DNA from: Octopus sinensis
Lineage: Eukaryota
Assembly (NCBI RefSeq): GCF_006345805.1
Contig: NC_042999.1
Location: forward strand, 44,392,001 to 44,456,000
Direction of reading: 5' to 3'
Length of the DNA stretch: 64,000 nt
The stretch's first letter is position 1, and every line of letters begins with the position of its first letter. The notes beneath the pieces were generated by a model. It had not been told where the DNA came from, ran no database searches, and was given only the letters and a program-made list of their open reading frames with translations. Of this stretch, positions 1-12,895 are shown piece after piece. The position numbers were made by a program, and so were the translations under genes.

Positions 1-1261
1 CCATGTGGTTGGTAAGCAAGCTACTTACCACACAGCCACTCCTGTACCAGTTTCTCTATTTTTATTGCATATCACACTCTTCTAATTGACAATTTACCTT
101 AATAAAGAGTTACATCAGTTTTCATGATAGCGTGGTGGCAAAATTGTTAGAGTATCAGAATAAATACATTTTGGTATTTCTTCTAACTCATTATGGTCTG
201 AGTTCAAATTTTACCAAGGTCAAGAAAATAAATATTGGTCCAGTACTGGGATTGATGTAATCAACTTGCCTGCTTCCTTCACAATTGCTGGCCTTGTACC
301 AAAATTAGAAAGAATTATTATTATTATTACCTCCATCTTAGAGGAGGCAGAAATATTGTTTTCAGTCACGTTTGTTTGTTTGTTTGTCTGTGGACAAGAT
401 ATCTCAAGAACTGCTGGATGGATTCAGATAAAACTTTCAGGGATGCTTGGCCTCATGACTGGCACAAGCTGATAGATTCTGAGATCGATCTGGCACCGAT
501 AAAGGATTCTGGATTATTTTTCTGGTTCTTTTACTTAATTTTTGAGAGCGGTTGGGTTCATTTTTAGTATTCTCGTTTGTGAGAGCAGTCAAGTTTATTT
601 CAGATATTCTCATTTTAAAAATCATCTCTGGCTAATTGTTGAGAGGACATTAGTGTTGATTTGGTGGAGGTTTGTACTCGCTGAGTGCTCTTGTTATTAT
701 TATCATCATCATATTTTCTTTGCTTACCTTTTAACACTGGAGATGTGTAACAGTATCAGCAGTCCATTACCAGGCTGAGGTAACACTTTATCGACATCGT
801 CGTCATCATTATTATTATCATTTTTATTAAGGCGGTGATCTGGCAGAATCATTAGAACACTGGGTGAAATGCTTAGCATTATTTCGTCCACCTGAGTTCA
901 AATTCAGCGGAGGTCAACTTTGCCTTTCATCCTTTCGGGATTAAGTACCAGTGAAACACTGGGGTTGATGTAATCAACTAGTCCCTTCCCCAAAATTTCA
1001 GGCCTTGGGCCTATAGTAGAAAAGATTTTATTATTATTAATACAGCAAACTGATAGAATCACTAGCATGCCTGGTGAAATGCTTAGCGGCATTTCATCCA
1101 ACCTTATTTTATGAGTTCAAATTCCGCCAAGGTTGACTTTGTCTTTCATCCTTTCAAGATCAATAAATTAAGTATCAGCGAAACACTGGGATCGATGTAA
1201 TTGACTACTCCTCACCACCCAAATTTCAGGCTTTGTGCCTATAGTGGAAACAATTATTAAT

Positions 1262-1575
1262 GTTCCGGTGGCACGTAAAAAGCACCTTCCGATCGTGGCC
1301 GTTGCCAGCCTCGCCTGGCCCCTGTGCCGGTGGCATGTAAAAAGCACCATCTGATCGTGACCGTTTGCCAGCCTTGTCTGCACCTGTGCCGGTGGCACGT
1401 AAAAAGCACCCACTACACTCATGGAGTGGTTGGTGTTAGGAAGGGCATCCAGCTGTTGAAACACTGCCAGATCAGACTGGGCCTGGTGCAGCCTTCTGGC
1501 TTTCCAGACCCCAGTTGAACCGTCCAACCCATGCTAGCATGGAAAGCGGATGTTAAACGATGATGATGATGATGA
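1262..1575 (+). mobile_element. RTE 3' UTR-derived short copy with about 62-bp internal tandem units (others 35505-35855 +, 38428-38680 -, 44975-45149 +, 47147-47325 -, about 62640-62835)
   Basis: Same sequence as the 3' end of the RTE at 25227-25560; ends gttaaacgatgatgatg. Confidence 0.85.
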
Positions 1576-1799
1576 TTAAGGTGCTGAGCTGGCAGAATTG
1601 TTACCATGCCAACAAAATGCTTAGTGGCATTTCGTAAATCTGTATGTTCTGAGTTCAAATTCCCGTGAGGTCATCTTTGTCTTTTACCCTTTCAGAATTG
1701 ATAAAATAAATACCAGTTGAAGTCTGGGGTTGATATAATCAGTTTACCCCCTCCCCCAAATTACTGGCCTTGTGCTAAAACTTGAAACCATTATTATTA

Positions 1800-2310
1800 T
1801 TTTCTCTTTATCACAGGTTTTGTTCGAGCTCCTAGAGTCTTGCATGCATAGCAGGCTTACTACCTGCAGCCTATGGTACCATGTCATTTGTTCTTTTCAG
1901 TTAATACTTTCCTGATTATTCTGGCCATGCCAAGGAGGCAAACCTTTTGTAACAGTTCTACTGGGCACTCTATTCTAATTTCCTTTATATTCATCTTGAT
2001 GCCTTCTCATACTGTTCCCAAGGACCCAGCAATAATTGGCACTATTTTCACCTTCTTCATTTTCCATAGCCAGGCTTTTTTGTACTTAAGAGGGTATCTA
2101 TCTATCTATCTTTTCATCTTCTTTCTTGACTTTTGGGGATCAAAGGGGCATGCAACACTAGCTATATAGCACATGTGGTGCACCTTGTCCACCACTACTA
2201 GGTCCAGTCTGTTATGCTCTAGCACCTGATCTATTTGGATTGGGAAATCCCAGAGGATTTTGCTACTCTCCAACTCTACCACTCTGCAGTCTGTTCTCAT
2301 ACCACATCTT
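1800..2310 (-). mobile_element. 3' fragment of a second R4/Dong-type element (RLE domain + 3' UTR)
   Basis: ILWDFPIQIDQVLEHNRLDLVVVDK...VACPFD and LQKVCLLGMARIIRKVL; ends in a TAA-type tail at about 1790-1800. Confidence 0.8.
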
Positions 2311-2763
2311 GTCTCTTTCTAGCCCCCCCCCATCATCATCATCATCACCATGACCACCACCACCACCATCATCATCAAGGTTGTGAGCAGCAGAATTCTA
2401 ACCATGCCAGACAAAATGCTGCTAAGCATTTTGTCTATCTCTTAACATTTTGAGTTCAAATGCTGCCAAAGTCAACTTTACAGTCACCTTTTCAGAGTCG
2501 ATAAAATAAGTACCTGTTTAGGTCTAGTGTTGATGTAAATGACTTCCCCTCCCCTCAAAATCACTGGCCAAGTGTTAGCATGCTGCGCAAAATGCTTAGC
2601 AGCACTTTGTTCCTCTTTATTTTCCGAGTTCAACTTCTGCCAAGGTTAACTTTGCCTTTCATCTTTTGGGGGTTGACAAAATAAAAATCAGTTGAACACA
2701 AGGGTTGATGTAATGACAAGCTTCTCCACACAAATTCCAGGCTCAATGCCTATAGTAGAAAGA

Positions 2764-2795
<32 letters not shown>

Positions 2796-2811
2796 CATTA
2801 TTATTATTGAG

Positions 2812-3132
2812 AGAGAGAGCAGTGCATGCCATCAAAGTGACAAATATACGAAGCCCAGTATACCCATCAGGACTACCTGTCTGATAAGAGTACACCAGGC
2901 ACATGCATCACAACCATATGTGCATGAAATGATGATCTCATATCAAGGTAAACAGTGCATGACCTTGCAGGTGGAGCCTGGTGAGAATTTTCTTCAGTTC
3001 GGGTAGCCCATTCCACTCAAAAGGTCCCTGAATAAGGGCTGTTAAAAGATGTATAAAAATACCCATGTTTCCAAAGGTGAATTATTCAAACCCCAAAGAA
3101 TTCCTCTCGACACATGGCTATGATGCTCCCCA
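2812..3132 (-). mobile_element. Short non-coding interspersed element embedded in (ATT)n; possible R4/Dong-dependent element or 3' UTR
   Basis: About 320 bp of non-simple sequence with ATT/ATC microsatellite on both sides and an (AAT)n tail in the same polarity as the R4 copies; no ORF recognised. Confidence 0.4.
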
Positions 3133-3153
3133 TGATTATCATCATTATCATCA

Positions 3154-3187
<34 letters not shown>

Positions 3188-3519
3188 CATCATCATTATT
3201 TTAAGGTGGGGAGCCAGCAGAATTGTTAGCACGCTGGGCAAAATACTTGGTAGTATTTTGTCCATCTTTACATTCTGAGTTCAAATTCTGCCAAGGTTGA
3301 CATTGCCTTTCATCATTTCAGGGTTGATAAATTAAGTACCAGTAAAACACTGGGTTGATGCACTCGACTAGTCCCCTCCATGCAAATTTCAGGCCTTGTG
3401 CCTTTAGTAGAAAGGATTGTTGTTGTTGTTATTATTATTTCTATATAAAGTATATTTGAATGTCACAAATTTGAATAGAGTACATAAAATACTTCTCTTT
3501 TCTTGATTTGTATATTTAC

Positions 3520-3567
3520 CTCTAAGTCATCAATTGGACAGCCAGCTTGTAGGAATTTCAAAACCCT
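3520..3567 (-). CDS. TRPA1: TRPA1-like exon 7 (48 bp; RVLKFLQAGCPIDDLE)
   Basis: Acceptor tatctttctttcatttcag, donor GTAAAT; second ankyrin helix plus G-x-x-I-D turn; phase 0 to 0. Confidence 0.8.
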
Positions 3568-3830
3568 CTGAAATGAAAGAAAGATAACAAAAATTATTCT
3601 TTTTTAGTTTCAGTAATTGGACCCTAATCTTGTTGGTGCATCTTATCTAACAGTTTCTAGCTGATTATATTAATTTCACTACTGTGTCAACCTCATTGTT
3701 ATTGGCCCAAGAAGGAGGCAAGTGATTTGAGTTCATCTGGGCAGGATTTAAACTGAATTACCATAAAGTGTATTGTTTACTGTTCTACTAGTTCTGTCCT
3801 TTACACCCTGTCCACACAAATATGTGCACG

Positions 3831-3867
<37 letters not shown>

Positions 3868-4549
3868 TTTCTCTATACTTTTGATGTGTGGAAAAAGAGG
3901 TTGGGTCTCCTGATGGACCTTTGCATGGTTTGTTGTCCACTCCTTAGAGTAGACACACTTGGTTTCCTTCCCCATTTAATATCTCAGAATATTATTTTGT
4001 CATATAAAGTAGTCATAAATTAAGCTATCGCCATGATGGCTAACTTAATTTGATTGCTTGTCATATCCTAGGATCAAAAGGCATTAAAAATATGTTAAAA
4101 AGATGTTGAGTAATGAACAAACCTGTTTGTGATAAAACTCTACCATTTTAGTAACATCAAAAGCATATTTTAAAAATCTGTAAACATGTGCCCTTACCTT
4201 TATCTGAGAGAGAAAATGAAAGAAAATGGTATTACTGAGTATTCAATCTACTCTCTACTCACCCCAATTTTAATTTTCGTCTGAATATATAAAAGAGATA
4301 AGTACTGAACTGTCTTTGCAAGGTTAAAAGATGCTTCAAACAGATGAATACTGAGCATTCTTCTCAAGGTTAAAAGATACCATCCTTAAAAAATTAACAA
4401 CTTTCAACAAAGCCCAGTTGAGAGCCATAATGAAGATTACTGTAACATATGTGATGGTGCTGCATGAAGACTGCATTCAGAAAAGAATCATCTGATTGAC
4501 TGACATAAAGACAAGTACAAATGCACTCCAGCATCTGGTTCACAGGTGT

Positions 4550-4583
<34 letters not shown>

Positions 4584-7188
4584 GTCTGCCTTCTCTACTA
4601 CTACTATAATGGGTGCTGCTCCTCAGAGCTAGGTGGGCTCATATCACCCCTACTCAACCTTTCATCACCTTTGTTGAGCACTGCTCTAATCACTACACCC
4701 ATTCTTTCTGACCTAGAATGTCAGTCCTTTGGTATTCCCTCTGTGCTCCTTTATTTTCCTGAAGATGCTGATCTACCAAGTTAAGAACATTAATGGCATT
4801 AATCTCAGTGATCTTGGAGGGCCTACAAAAACCATGGACACTATCCCTTCCGCCAAAAACCATCAAATAAAAACACAAACATACACAAAAGTTTGAGTGC
4901 TAACAGGAGCTTTTTTTCTTCATTCTCAGGTAAGTGGTGACTAATCTATCTTTGACAGTCAATATATTACTGTATCAGATAAAGCATTTTATTGTGATGG
5001 TTTCACATCCATGCCGTTTAAATGACATTGATAGAAAAACATTGTAATTCCTGTCTCATATAAATTAGTGTTTTTCTATATTATTGTCATCATCATCATC
5101 ATTTAATGCTTATCTTCCAGACTAACAGTGAACAATAATCCCTTGCCATATAGCGGTTCACCTATCGTGGTTTATTATTTAAGCTTATCTCGAATGTTCC
5201 ATGATGTTGTTTTGCATTTATAATTAAAAAATATATATACAAATTATAAAAGTAATAAAAAAATATACAGTAGTGTTCCTACTTCGCAGATTTTCACCTA
5301 TTGTGGAGGAGGGGTGTTGGAACGTAACACCCATGATAGTTGAGGGATTACTGTATATGCATGCATGTATGTGTGCATATGTGTGTGTGTGTGTATATAT
5401 ATTTGTATGTGTGTGTATATATATATGTGTGTATGTATAAGTATGCATAGGTATTATAGATAAGTACATATACACAGACGTGAAGGAAGTAAATAGACAA
5501 CTTTAATTTTCAAAATTTCTAATCTAAGTGTCTTAATATGTTTTCAGCAGTGTAGAATTTACAATGTAATTATTATTTTTCATTCCAGGTGCCATTATAT
5601 TAAACATTTGCAAAGAGTAACCATGCCATACACAAAAAATTCAGCAGAACTGTCAGATTTTCAAAGAGATCATATTGTTGGGCAATCTGAAGCTGGTCTT
5701 AGCCAGTGAAAAATTGCCGAAAATCTTCAAATTCCTCTTGCTACTGTTAATAGAATTATAATACAATTCAAAAGCCCAGGAAAAAATCAAAGATTCTCAT
5801 CCCGGCCGACCTGGGTCCTCGGAAAGGAAGCTTTGCTGTTTGAAGAGAATTGTGGAAAATAAACCCCGTTCAAAGGCTTCTGACATTGCAAAACAGCTAG
5901 AAGTTAGTCCAAGAATGTGTGTTACATATCAGCATAAGCTTGGGTATTATGGATGAGCAGCTTGAAGAAAACCTCTCCTTCAACCAATTAATATCATGAA
6001 AAGAAAGAAATGGGCTAAGGAGATGTCAGAAAAATCCAGTTCATTTTGGGTTAGAGTGATTTTCTGAGATGAATCCAGATTTGCATTATTTTCAGACAGT
6101 GGACGTGTTTGGGTCTGGAGGTTTCTCAATCAAGAATTTGATTTGAAATGACTCCAACTAACTGTGAAACATGGCGGTATCTCTGTAATGGTATGGGGAG
6201 CTGTCACCAGCAATGGTCGTTCTGAGCTGATAAAATGTGTTGGAACCATAAACTCTGAAAAATACATCGAAATACTTAAGCAAGGACTACTTCCGATGTA
6301 TTCACACGATAACATAATGAAAAAAGAGTTTTTATTCATGGAAGATGGGGCTCCATGCCACACAGTGAAAAGTAATCAACAATGGCTGACTGAAAATGGA
6401 TCAAAAAGCTTCCTTGGCTGAGCCAATCTCCTGACATGAACCCAAATGAAAATCTTTGGAGCATACTTGATAGAGCTATACAAAAAACTTGACAGAAACC
6501 TAAATCTAAAGATGAATTGTTTCGATTGTTGTGTGAAAAGTGGGTAGAAATTCCACAAGAGACAATCATAAAGCTCATCAGTCCAATGCCAAAAAGAGTT
6601 TCTGAATTAAAAACTGCAAAGGGAATGTCAACTAAATACTAAAGTATGTAGTCCTACCTGCCTATTACATTTCAATTGTTCGCTTTTACTCTTTTTTTTC
6701 TCTTTTACTCTTTTACTTGTTTCAGTCATTTGACTGCGGCCATGCTGGAGCACCACCTTTAGTACTTATTCTATCGGTCTCTTTTTGACGAACTGCTAAG
6801 TGATGGGGACATAAACACACCAGCATCGGTTGTCAAGCAATGCTAGGGGGACAAACACAGACACACAAACACACACACATATACATATATATACATATAT
6901 ACGACGGGCTTCTTTCAGTTTCCGTCTACCAAATCCACTCACAAGGCATTGGTCGGCCCGGGGCTATAGCAGAAGACACTTGCCCAAGATGCCACGCAGT
7001 GGGACTGAACCCGCAACTGTGTGGTTGGTTAGCAAGCTACTTACCACACAGCCACTCCTGCGCCTGTCTGCAATTTTATTTCAACAAGATAAGTTGAAAA
7101 TTAAAGGTGTCTATTTACTTCCTGCATGTCTGTGTATATATGTATAAGTATATATTTAAATATATCTACTATCTATCTATCACTATAT

Positions 7189-7221
<33 letters not shown>

Positions 7222-9309
7222 TGTGCACAAAACTCTCAGCCCTTGATTCCCTCTGTATCTTCTGCCAATTATTAAAAATGCATATGCATGTGTGTCTGTA
7301 CATATGTCTGTCTATCTGTATGTATGTATGCATGTATGTATGCATGTATGTATGTATGTATGCATGCATTTACGTGTGCATACATGTAGCTGCGTATGTA
7401 TTGTTGTTGTAGCTTTGTTTACAGTTTTATAAACTTCACATCCTACTGCAAATGCTGGCCTTTGTCACAAACATTCGGTCATAAATATTTTATTCTTTGC
7501 GTTGTTTGTTTAGACTTTGTAATTTGTTGTAATTTTGTAGCCAAAATAAATGAATTGAAAAAAAAATAAAACAAAATTTAATTAAATTGTCACTGTGGTT
7601 TTGTGCAAGTAGAAAAAAAACCCAAAAAATTCCCCCAAAAATCAGCACATGTGTAATCTGAAGCTCGAAGCATAAACTAAGTCGTTTACTTACCACATCT
7701 TTATAATTAATCAAACCTAATTAATGAACTCTCATTACTTACCTTTCGGTCACTGTTACAGATTGCAACACGTAGATTTACATTAGTCTCGCTATCCACA
7801 ATGTTTTTGATGTCACAAGCTGTGTATAATCCAATTGGAGCTGCAAAAAAGATAAAACAACTGTGTAAGTGTCATTAAGTGTAATTATTCAAATCTATGT
7901 AACTTTAAACTAAAACAGCATCTGAAGGCCAGTGGTTAGCTGAAAGTTTGGCGGTTTATTTGTACTTTGTCCATGGCATTGTCTTGTATCCATGACCAAA
8001 GTAATTAACTGTCAAATGATCCAGTTCACTATGTTGAAAATAGGTACAGCTGGCTAGAAACTATTTGTTGCTTTGAGAAATAGCAATAAATTAACAAAGT
8101 CTAAAATTGCTAAATAGTACATTAGCTTACAGAGTTAAGTTTTATTCTTCTAGCAGACAATGCTTTGAGAAGGATAGCTTGAAATTCTTTAAATGAAAGT
8201 AAAGTTTGTAATATACTCCAACTACCCTATGGATTATAGTGGACGTTCCACTTTATGCTGTACTAATATACACATGAAAGATTGTTCTAAAAGCATACAA
8301 AATATTAATTAAGCAAGCCAAGAGGAATTATGCATTTAAGTGATATTCCACCAGCTCTCTGCCCTCTCTAATCATTATTCAGCACCACCACCACTGCCAT
8401 CACCACAGCCACCACCACCACCGTCACCATCATCACCAATATTATCATTTAACATGTTTTCTATGCTGGCATGGGTTGTACAGTTTGACAGGATTCGGTG
8501 AGCGACAGAGCCGTGTCAAGTTCCAATGTTAGCCGAAGCTGACATTGGTATGGTTTCTACAATTGGATGCCCTTAATGGTGCCAAATATATAAAATAGAA
8601 TTAAAGACCGAATGTTAACGGGAGCTTCTTGTCTTGAGTATCAAATAAGTGATAATGAGATGATTTCCAAGAGAGTACAGAAATCATCAGGTTTGATATA
8701 ATACTGTAATGAGTAAAGCACTTTATTGTCTTGATGAATTCCTGTCAATGTTCAATCTTGTCATTATCTTTTATCTTTTACATGTTTCAGTCATTGGAAT
8801 GCGGCCATGCTGGGGCACTACCTTCAAGAGTTTAGTTGAACAAATCAACCCCTGTGCTTATTATTTTTGTAAGTCTGGCACTTATTCTATCGGTCTCTTT
8901 TGCCAAACTGTTATGGGGATGTAAACAAACCAGCATTAGTAGTGGAGCAGTGGTGGGACAAGCACACACACATGATGAGCTACCGCAGAGTTTCTGTCTA
9001 TCAAATTCACTCATAAGCCATTGGTTAACCCAAGGCTATAGTAGAAGACACTTACCCATGGTTCCATGCTGTGGGACTGAAGCCAAAACCTTATGATTGC
9101 AAAATGAGCTTCATAACCACACAGCCATGCCTGCATCTTATTATTATTGTCATCATCACCAATATCATTATTGTTGTTGTTATTCAAATTCTGCTGAGGT
9201 CAACTTTACCTTTTATCCTTTCGGGGTTGATCAAGTAAGTACTGGCTGAACACTGAGGTTGATGTAATTGGATTATTCCCTCCCCTGTAATTGCTGGCCT
9301 TATGCCAAA

Positions 9310-9354
<45 letters not shown>

Positions 9355-11741
9355 TAGTTTTATTTTTATAGCGTGCTTTCACTTCACTACCGAGCGCAGC
9401 TCTGTGTGCCTTGGGTATGTGCTGTGATTTGTTGTGATGCTCTGATGGTTATTGTATGGAAAGTGTTCTGCGTAGGATGTGTGCAGTGCCTAGTAGTGCA
9501 ATTTTCTGTATGTTATATGTGTTTGTAAGTCCTGGTGTTTTTGTTATGTATTTGTCTGAATATTTTTTTATCATGCCTAATGCACCTACTATGATAGGAA
9601 TTGTTTCTGTTTTCAGGTTCCACATTCTAGTTATCTCTATTTCCAGGTCTTTGTATTTTGAGAGTTTCTCCATTTCTTTTAGAGACACGTTGTCATCTGC
9701 CGGTATTGATACATCAATTAGAAAGCATTTTTTTTTCTTCATGATCTCTGACAACTATATCTGGTCTGTTGGCCTTAATTTCTCTATCTGTGTGTATCGG
9801 CATATCCCAGAGTATGGTTGCTTTCTCGTTTTCTGTGACCTTTTCTGGCGTGTGCCTATACCATCTTTTTTCTGTTGTTATTTCATAATGTTGGCATAGC
9901 TTCCAATGTATGTAGGTTCCAACTCTGTCATGTCTGTGAATATATTCCTTCTTAGCCAGGACTGGGCAGCTAGAGATAATATGATTTATTGTTTCTTGTC
10001 CATCTCCACATATTCTGCAGTTACTTGTAATATTTCTTTTCATTACATGTTTTTGGTAATTTCTGGTGGGGAGGCTTTGGTCTTGTGCTGCAATTAAAAA
10101 TCCCTCTGTTTCTGCTTTGAGTCCTGAGCTTCTCAACCATTGCTGGGATTTTTCTTTGTCTATTTCTTTTGCGTTTAGTTTAGTGCAGTATTTACCATGA
10201 AGGGGCTTTTCTTGCCATCGTTTTATCATGGTTCGTTGCTGTTCTATTTTTAGTTTGGATTTCATTTGTTTTATAGCCTTTGTTGTTTCTTCTTCTTCTT
10301 CTTCTTCTTCTTCTTCATGTTTATTAGGTGGTATGATTTCTTGTTTGTATTTGTCAGCTTCCTTAAATACTGAGAACAGTTTTTTGTTTTGCTCGTGTTT
10401 TGCTGCTATCTGGATCAGTTTTCCTTCCTTCTGAAGTAGGTATTTTTGCAGTCCTATGGTGGTTATTTTATAGTAGTTTTCCAGCTGTATAAGGCCTCTA
10501 CCACCTTCTATACGTTGTATATATAGTCTTTCTATGTCAGATTTTGGGTGATGCATCCTAGATCCTGTCAGTATTTTTCTTGTTTTCCTATCTATTTTGG
10601 ACAGTTCATTTCGTGTCCAGTTAAGGATATTGTAGCTGTAACTTATAACTGGGACAGCTAAAGTGTTGATACCTATTATCTTGTTTTTAGCATTGAGCTC
10701 TGTTTTTAGTATTGATCTAACTATCTATAATCTTCTTTTTTTATTTTCTCTTTCATTTGTGTGTGTTGTGTCTTATCTAGTTCATGGATTCCTAAGTATT
10801 TGTAAGTTTGGCTTTGGTCTAATTCTTTTATTTCATTGGTTTTATCTAGTGTGATGTTGTTACTCTTAACTAGTTTTCCTCTTTTCATGGTTACTTTGGC
10901 GCATTTTTCTAATCCAAATTTCATATCTATTTCTTTGGTAAATCCATGAACTGTCTTTAATAGTGTTTCCAGCTGTTTGTCATTTGCAGCGTATAGTTTT
11001 AGGTCATCCATATATAAAAGGTGGCTGATCGTTTTGCCGTAACATTTATATCCGCATCCAGTTCTATTTAGCATATCAGATAGAGGTGACAGTGCCAAGC
11101 AGAAAAGGAGTGGAGAGAGCGTGTCTCCCTGGAATATTCCTCTTCTAATGGGGATGTCTTTGGTTTTCATGAGTCCCTCTTTTGTTTGGATGTGTAGGAC
11201 TGTTTGCCATTTATTCATAGAGTGCTCTATGAATTTTATGATTGTTGGTGCTACTTTGTTAATGGCTAGTGTTTCGAGGATCCATGTGTGGGGGATGCTA
11301 TCAAACGCCTTTTTGTAGTCAATCCGGGCCATACTGAGGCCTTTCTTCTTTCTGTGGCTGTCTTCAGTTACGGCTTTATTAATCATTAGTTGATCTTTAC
11401 AGCCATATGAGCCCTTGCGGCATCCTTTCTGCTCTTCTGGGAACAGTTTGTTTTCGTCCAGGTGCTTGTTCAGCCTTTGCGATATCACTGCAGTAAATGC
11501 CTTGAACATAGTAGGGAGGCAGGTTATTGGTCTGTAGTTTTCTGGTTTTGTTGTTTCATTTGATTTGGGAATTAAGATGGTTTTCCCCTTCGTGAGCCAT
11601 TCAGGCATTGTCTCTGGCTCTGCTAGTATGCTGTTAAAGTTTTCAGCCAGCTTTTTGTGCATTCCTGTTAGATATTTCAACCAGAAGTTGGGGATCTTGT
11701 CATGCCCAGGTGCCTTCCAGTTGCTTAGTTTTTGCAGTGCC

Positions 11742-11773
<32 letters not shown>

Positions 11774-11785
11774 TATTATTATTAT

Positions 11786-11816
<31 letters not shown>

Positions 11817-12864
11817 GGTGGTGGTGGTGTTATTTGCTATTTTTTCTATGGTTTATTTGGAGGAAGAAGAGCTATGCAGGGCTTTTGCAGGGCTTCAGAG
11901 ACTGGTGATGAAGAGGGAAGAAGGAGTCATAACTCATTAGTTATTCTTACACTGATGACTTGATCGAAATGCTTGCAGCATAATAGACTCCTCTGGAGTT
12001 GTTCCCAAAACAGGTAGTCACTTATGAACTGAATGATGAGAGTAAGTTAGACAACGGAATAAGTCATCCACCCAAGTAGAGTTACATTTCATCTGACAGG
12101 CTCCAGTACAGCTTCCGTTGATTCAATTTCACTCACAAAGTTGAGTTTTAATCTAAGACTATAATAGAAAACACTTTCACAAACTGGACGAGTGTGATTG
12201 TAAAGTGTTGTGAGATTGTATTATTGTTGTGTGCTGGGAGAAATATATAAGTGAGCTGTTAAGAGTGTTGTTCAAATGAACAAGAAATTCCACAAGAGAG
12301 AGACATTTATTCCAACGAACAAGAAATTCTACAAGAGAGATATTTAACCATAAATTTAATCAAGTAAGGCTAAACGTGGAATTATCTACAGGATAAAAGT
12401 GGAATAAGCTACATGAATTATCAAATCCTTACTGGTAATGAGACTAGGATGTATGGATTGACTTAACTGTATTTGCTCAGCTGTTATCTGGAAAGGGAGA
12501 GACAAAAAGACATGAGTTCTGCCAAAATTTGTAAGATTTTTTTCTTGATTTGCATAGTGAGAGCTGAGATCTGTCCTGCTTGAAATGCTAACAGCGCTCT
12601 GCAATTGCCCTGACTTGTTAGGTAAGAAGTGAGATGTCTGTTCTCTGTGGTGGTCTCAAACTTCTGTGAAGATCCTTTAGAGCTAACTGTTTAACTGGTG
12701 AAAATGGGCACACATTTAAGAACATTCAAGATGAGGTCCACATCATGGCTTCAAGCAGACTGGTTGAAACATATAAGCAGCAGTCTATGAAGGCAGTGGC
12801 TGCCAGTGAGGACTGGCTCATAAAGTGATGATTTTTCCAGCATGGAAAACAGATGTGAAACTAC

Positions 12865-12895
<31 letters not shown>

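Larger units (their letters stand above)
829..3420 (+). mobile_element. Cluster of same-strand family B SINEs (about 829-1030, 1046-1255, 1578-1790, 2377-2570, 2571-2763, 3203-3416; others at 135, 9185, 13647, 19090, 58315, 59412)
   Basis: Recurrent aaggcggtgagctggcagaa...ctgagttcaaattc...ggggtcgatgtaatc...tagaaag body, mostly ending in (ATT)n. Confidence 0.85.

Noticed and set aside
728-774. Possible next TRPA1-like exon (PGNGLLILLHISSVK) ending at a GTAAGC donor
   Set aside because: The acceptor lacks a polypyrimidine tract and the peptide does not fit the expected TPLH-type motif.
1262-1410. Regularly spaced repeats superficially like a CRISPR array (also 35525-35690 and 15765-15821)
   Set aside because: The intervening sequences are themselves repeated, the context is eukaryotic and there are no cas genes; these are tandem units of a LINE 3' UTR or a minisatellite.
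3748-3975. 75-aa minus-strand ORF between exons 6 and 7
   Set aside because: No convincing splice sites, runs into a (TG)n tract, and no ankyrin similarity.
6830-7147. Recurrent ORFs such as MSSNARGTNTD... and MLGGQTQTH... (also 16449, 22453, 28816, 31437, 54375)
   Set aside because: Antisense translations of SINE family A; they recur because the repeat recurs.
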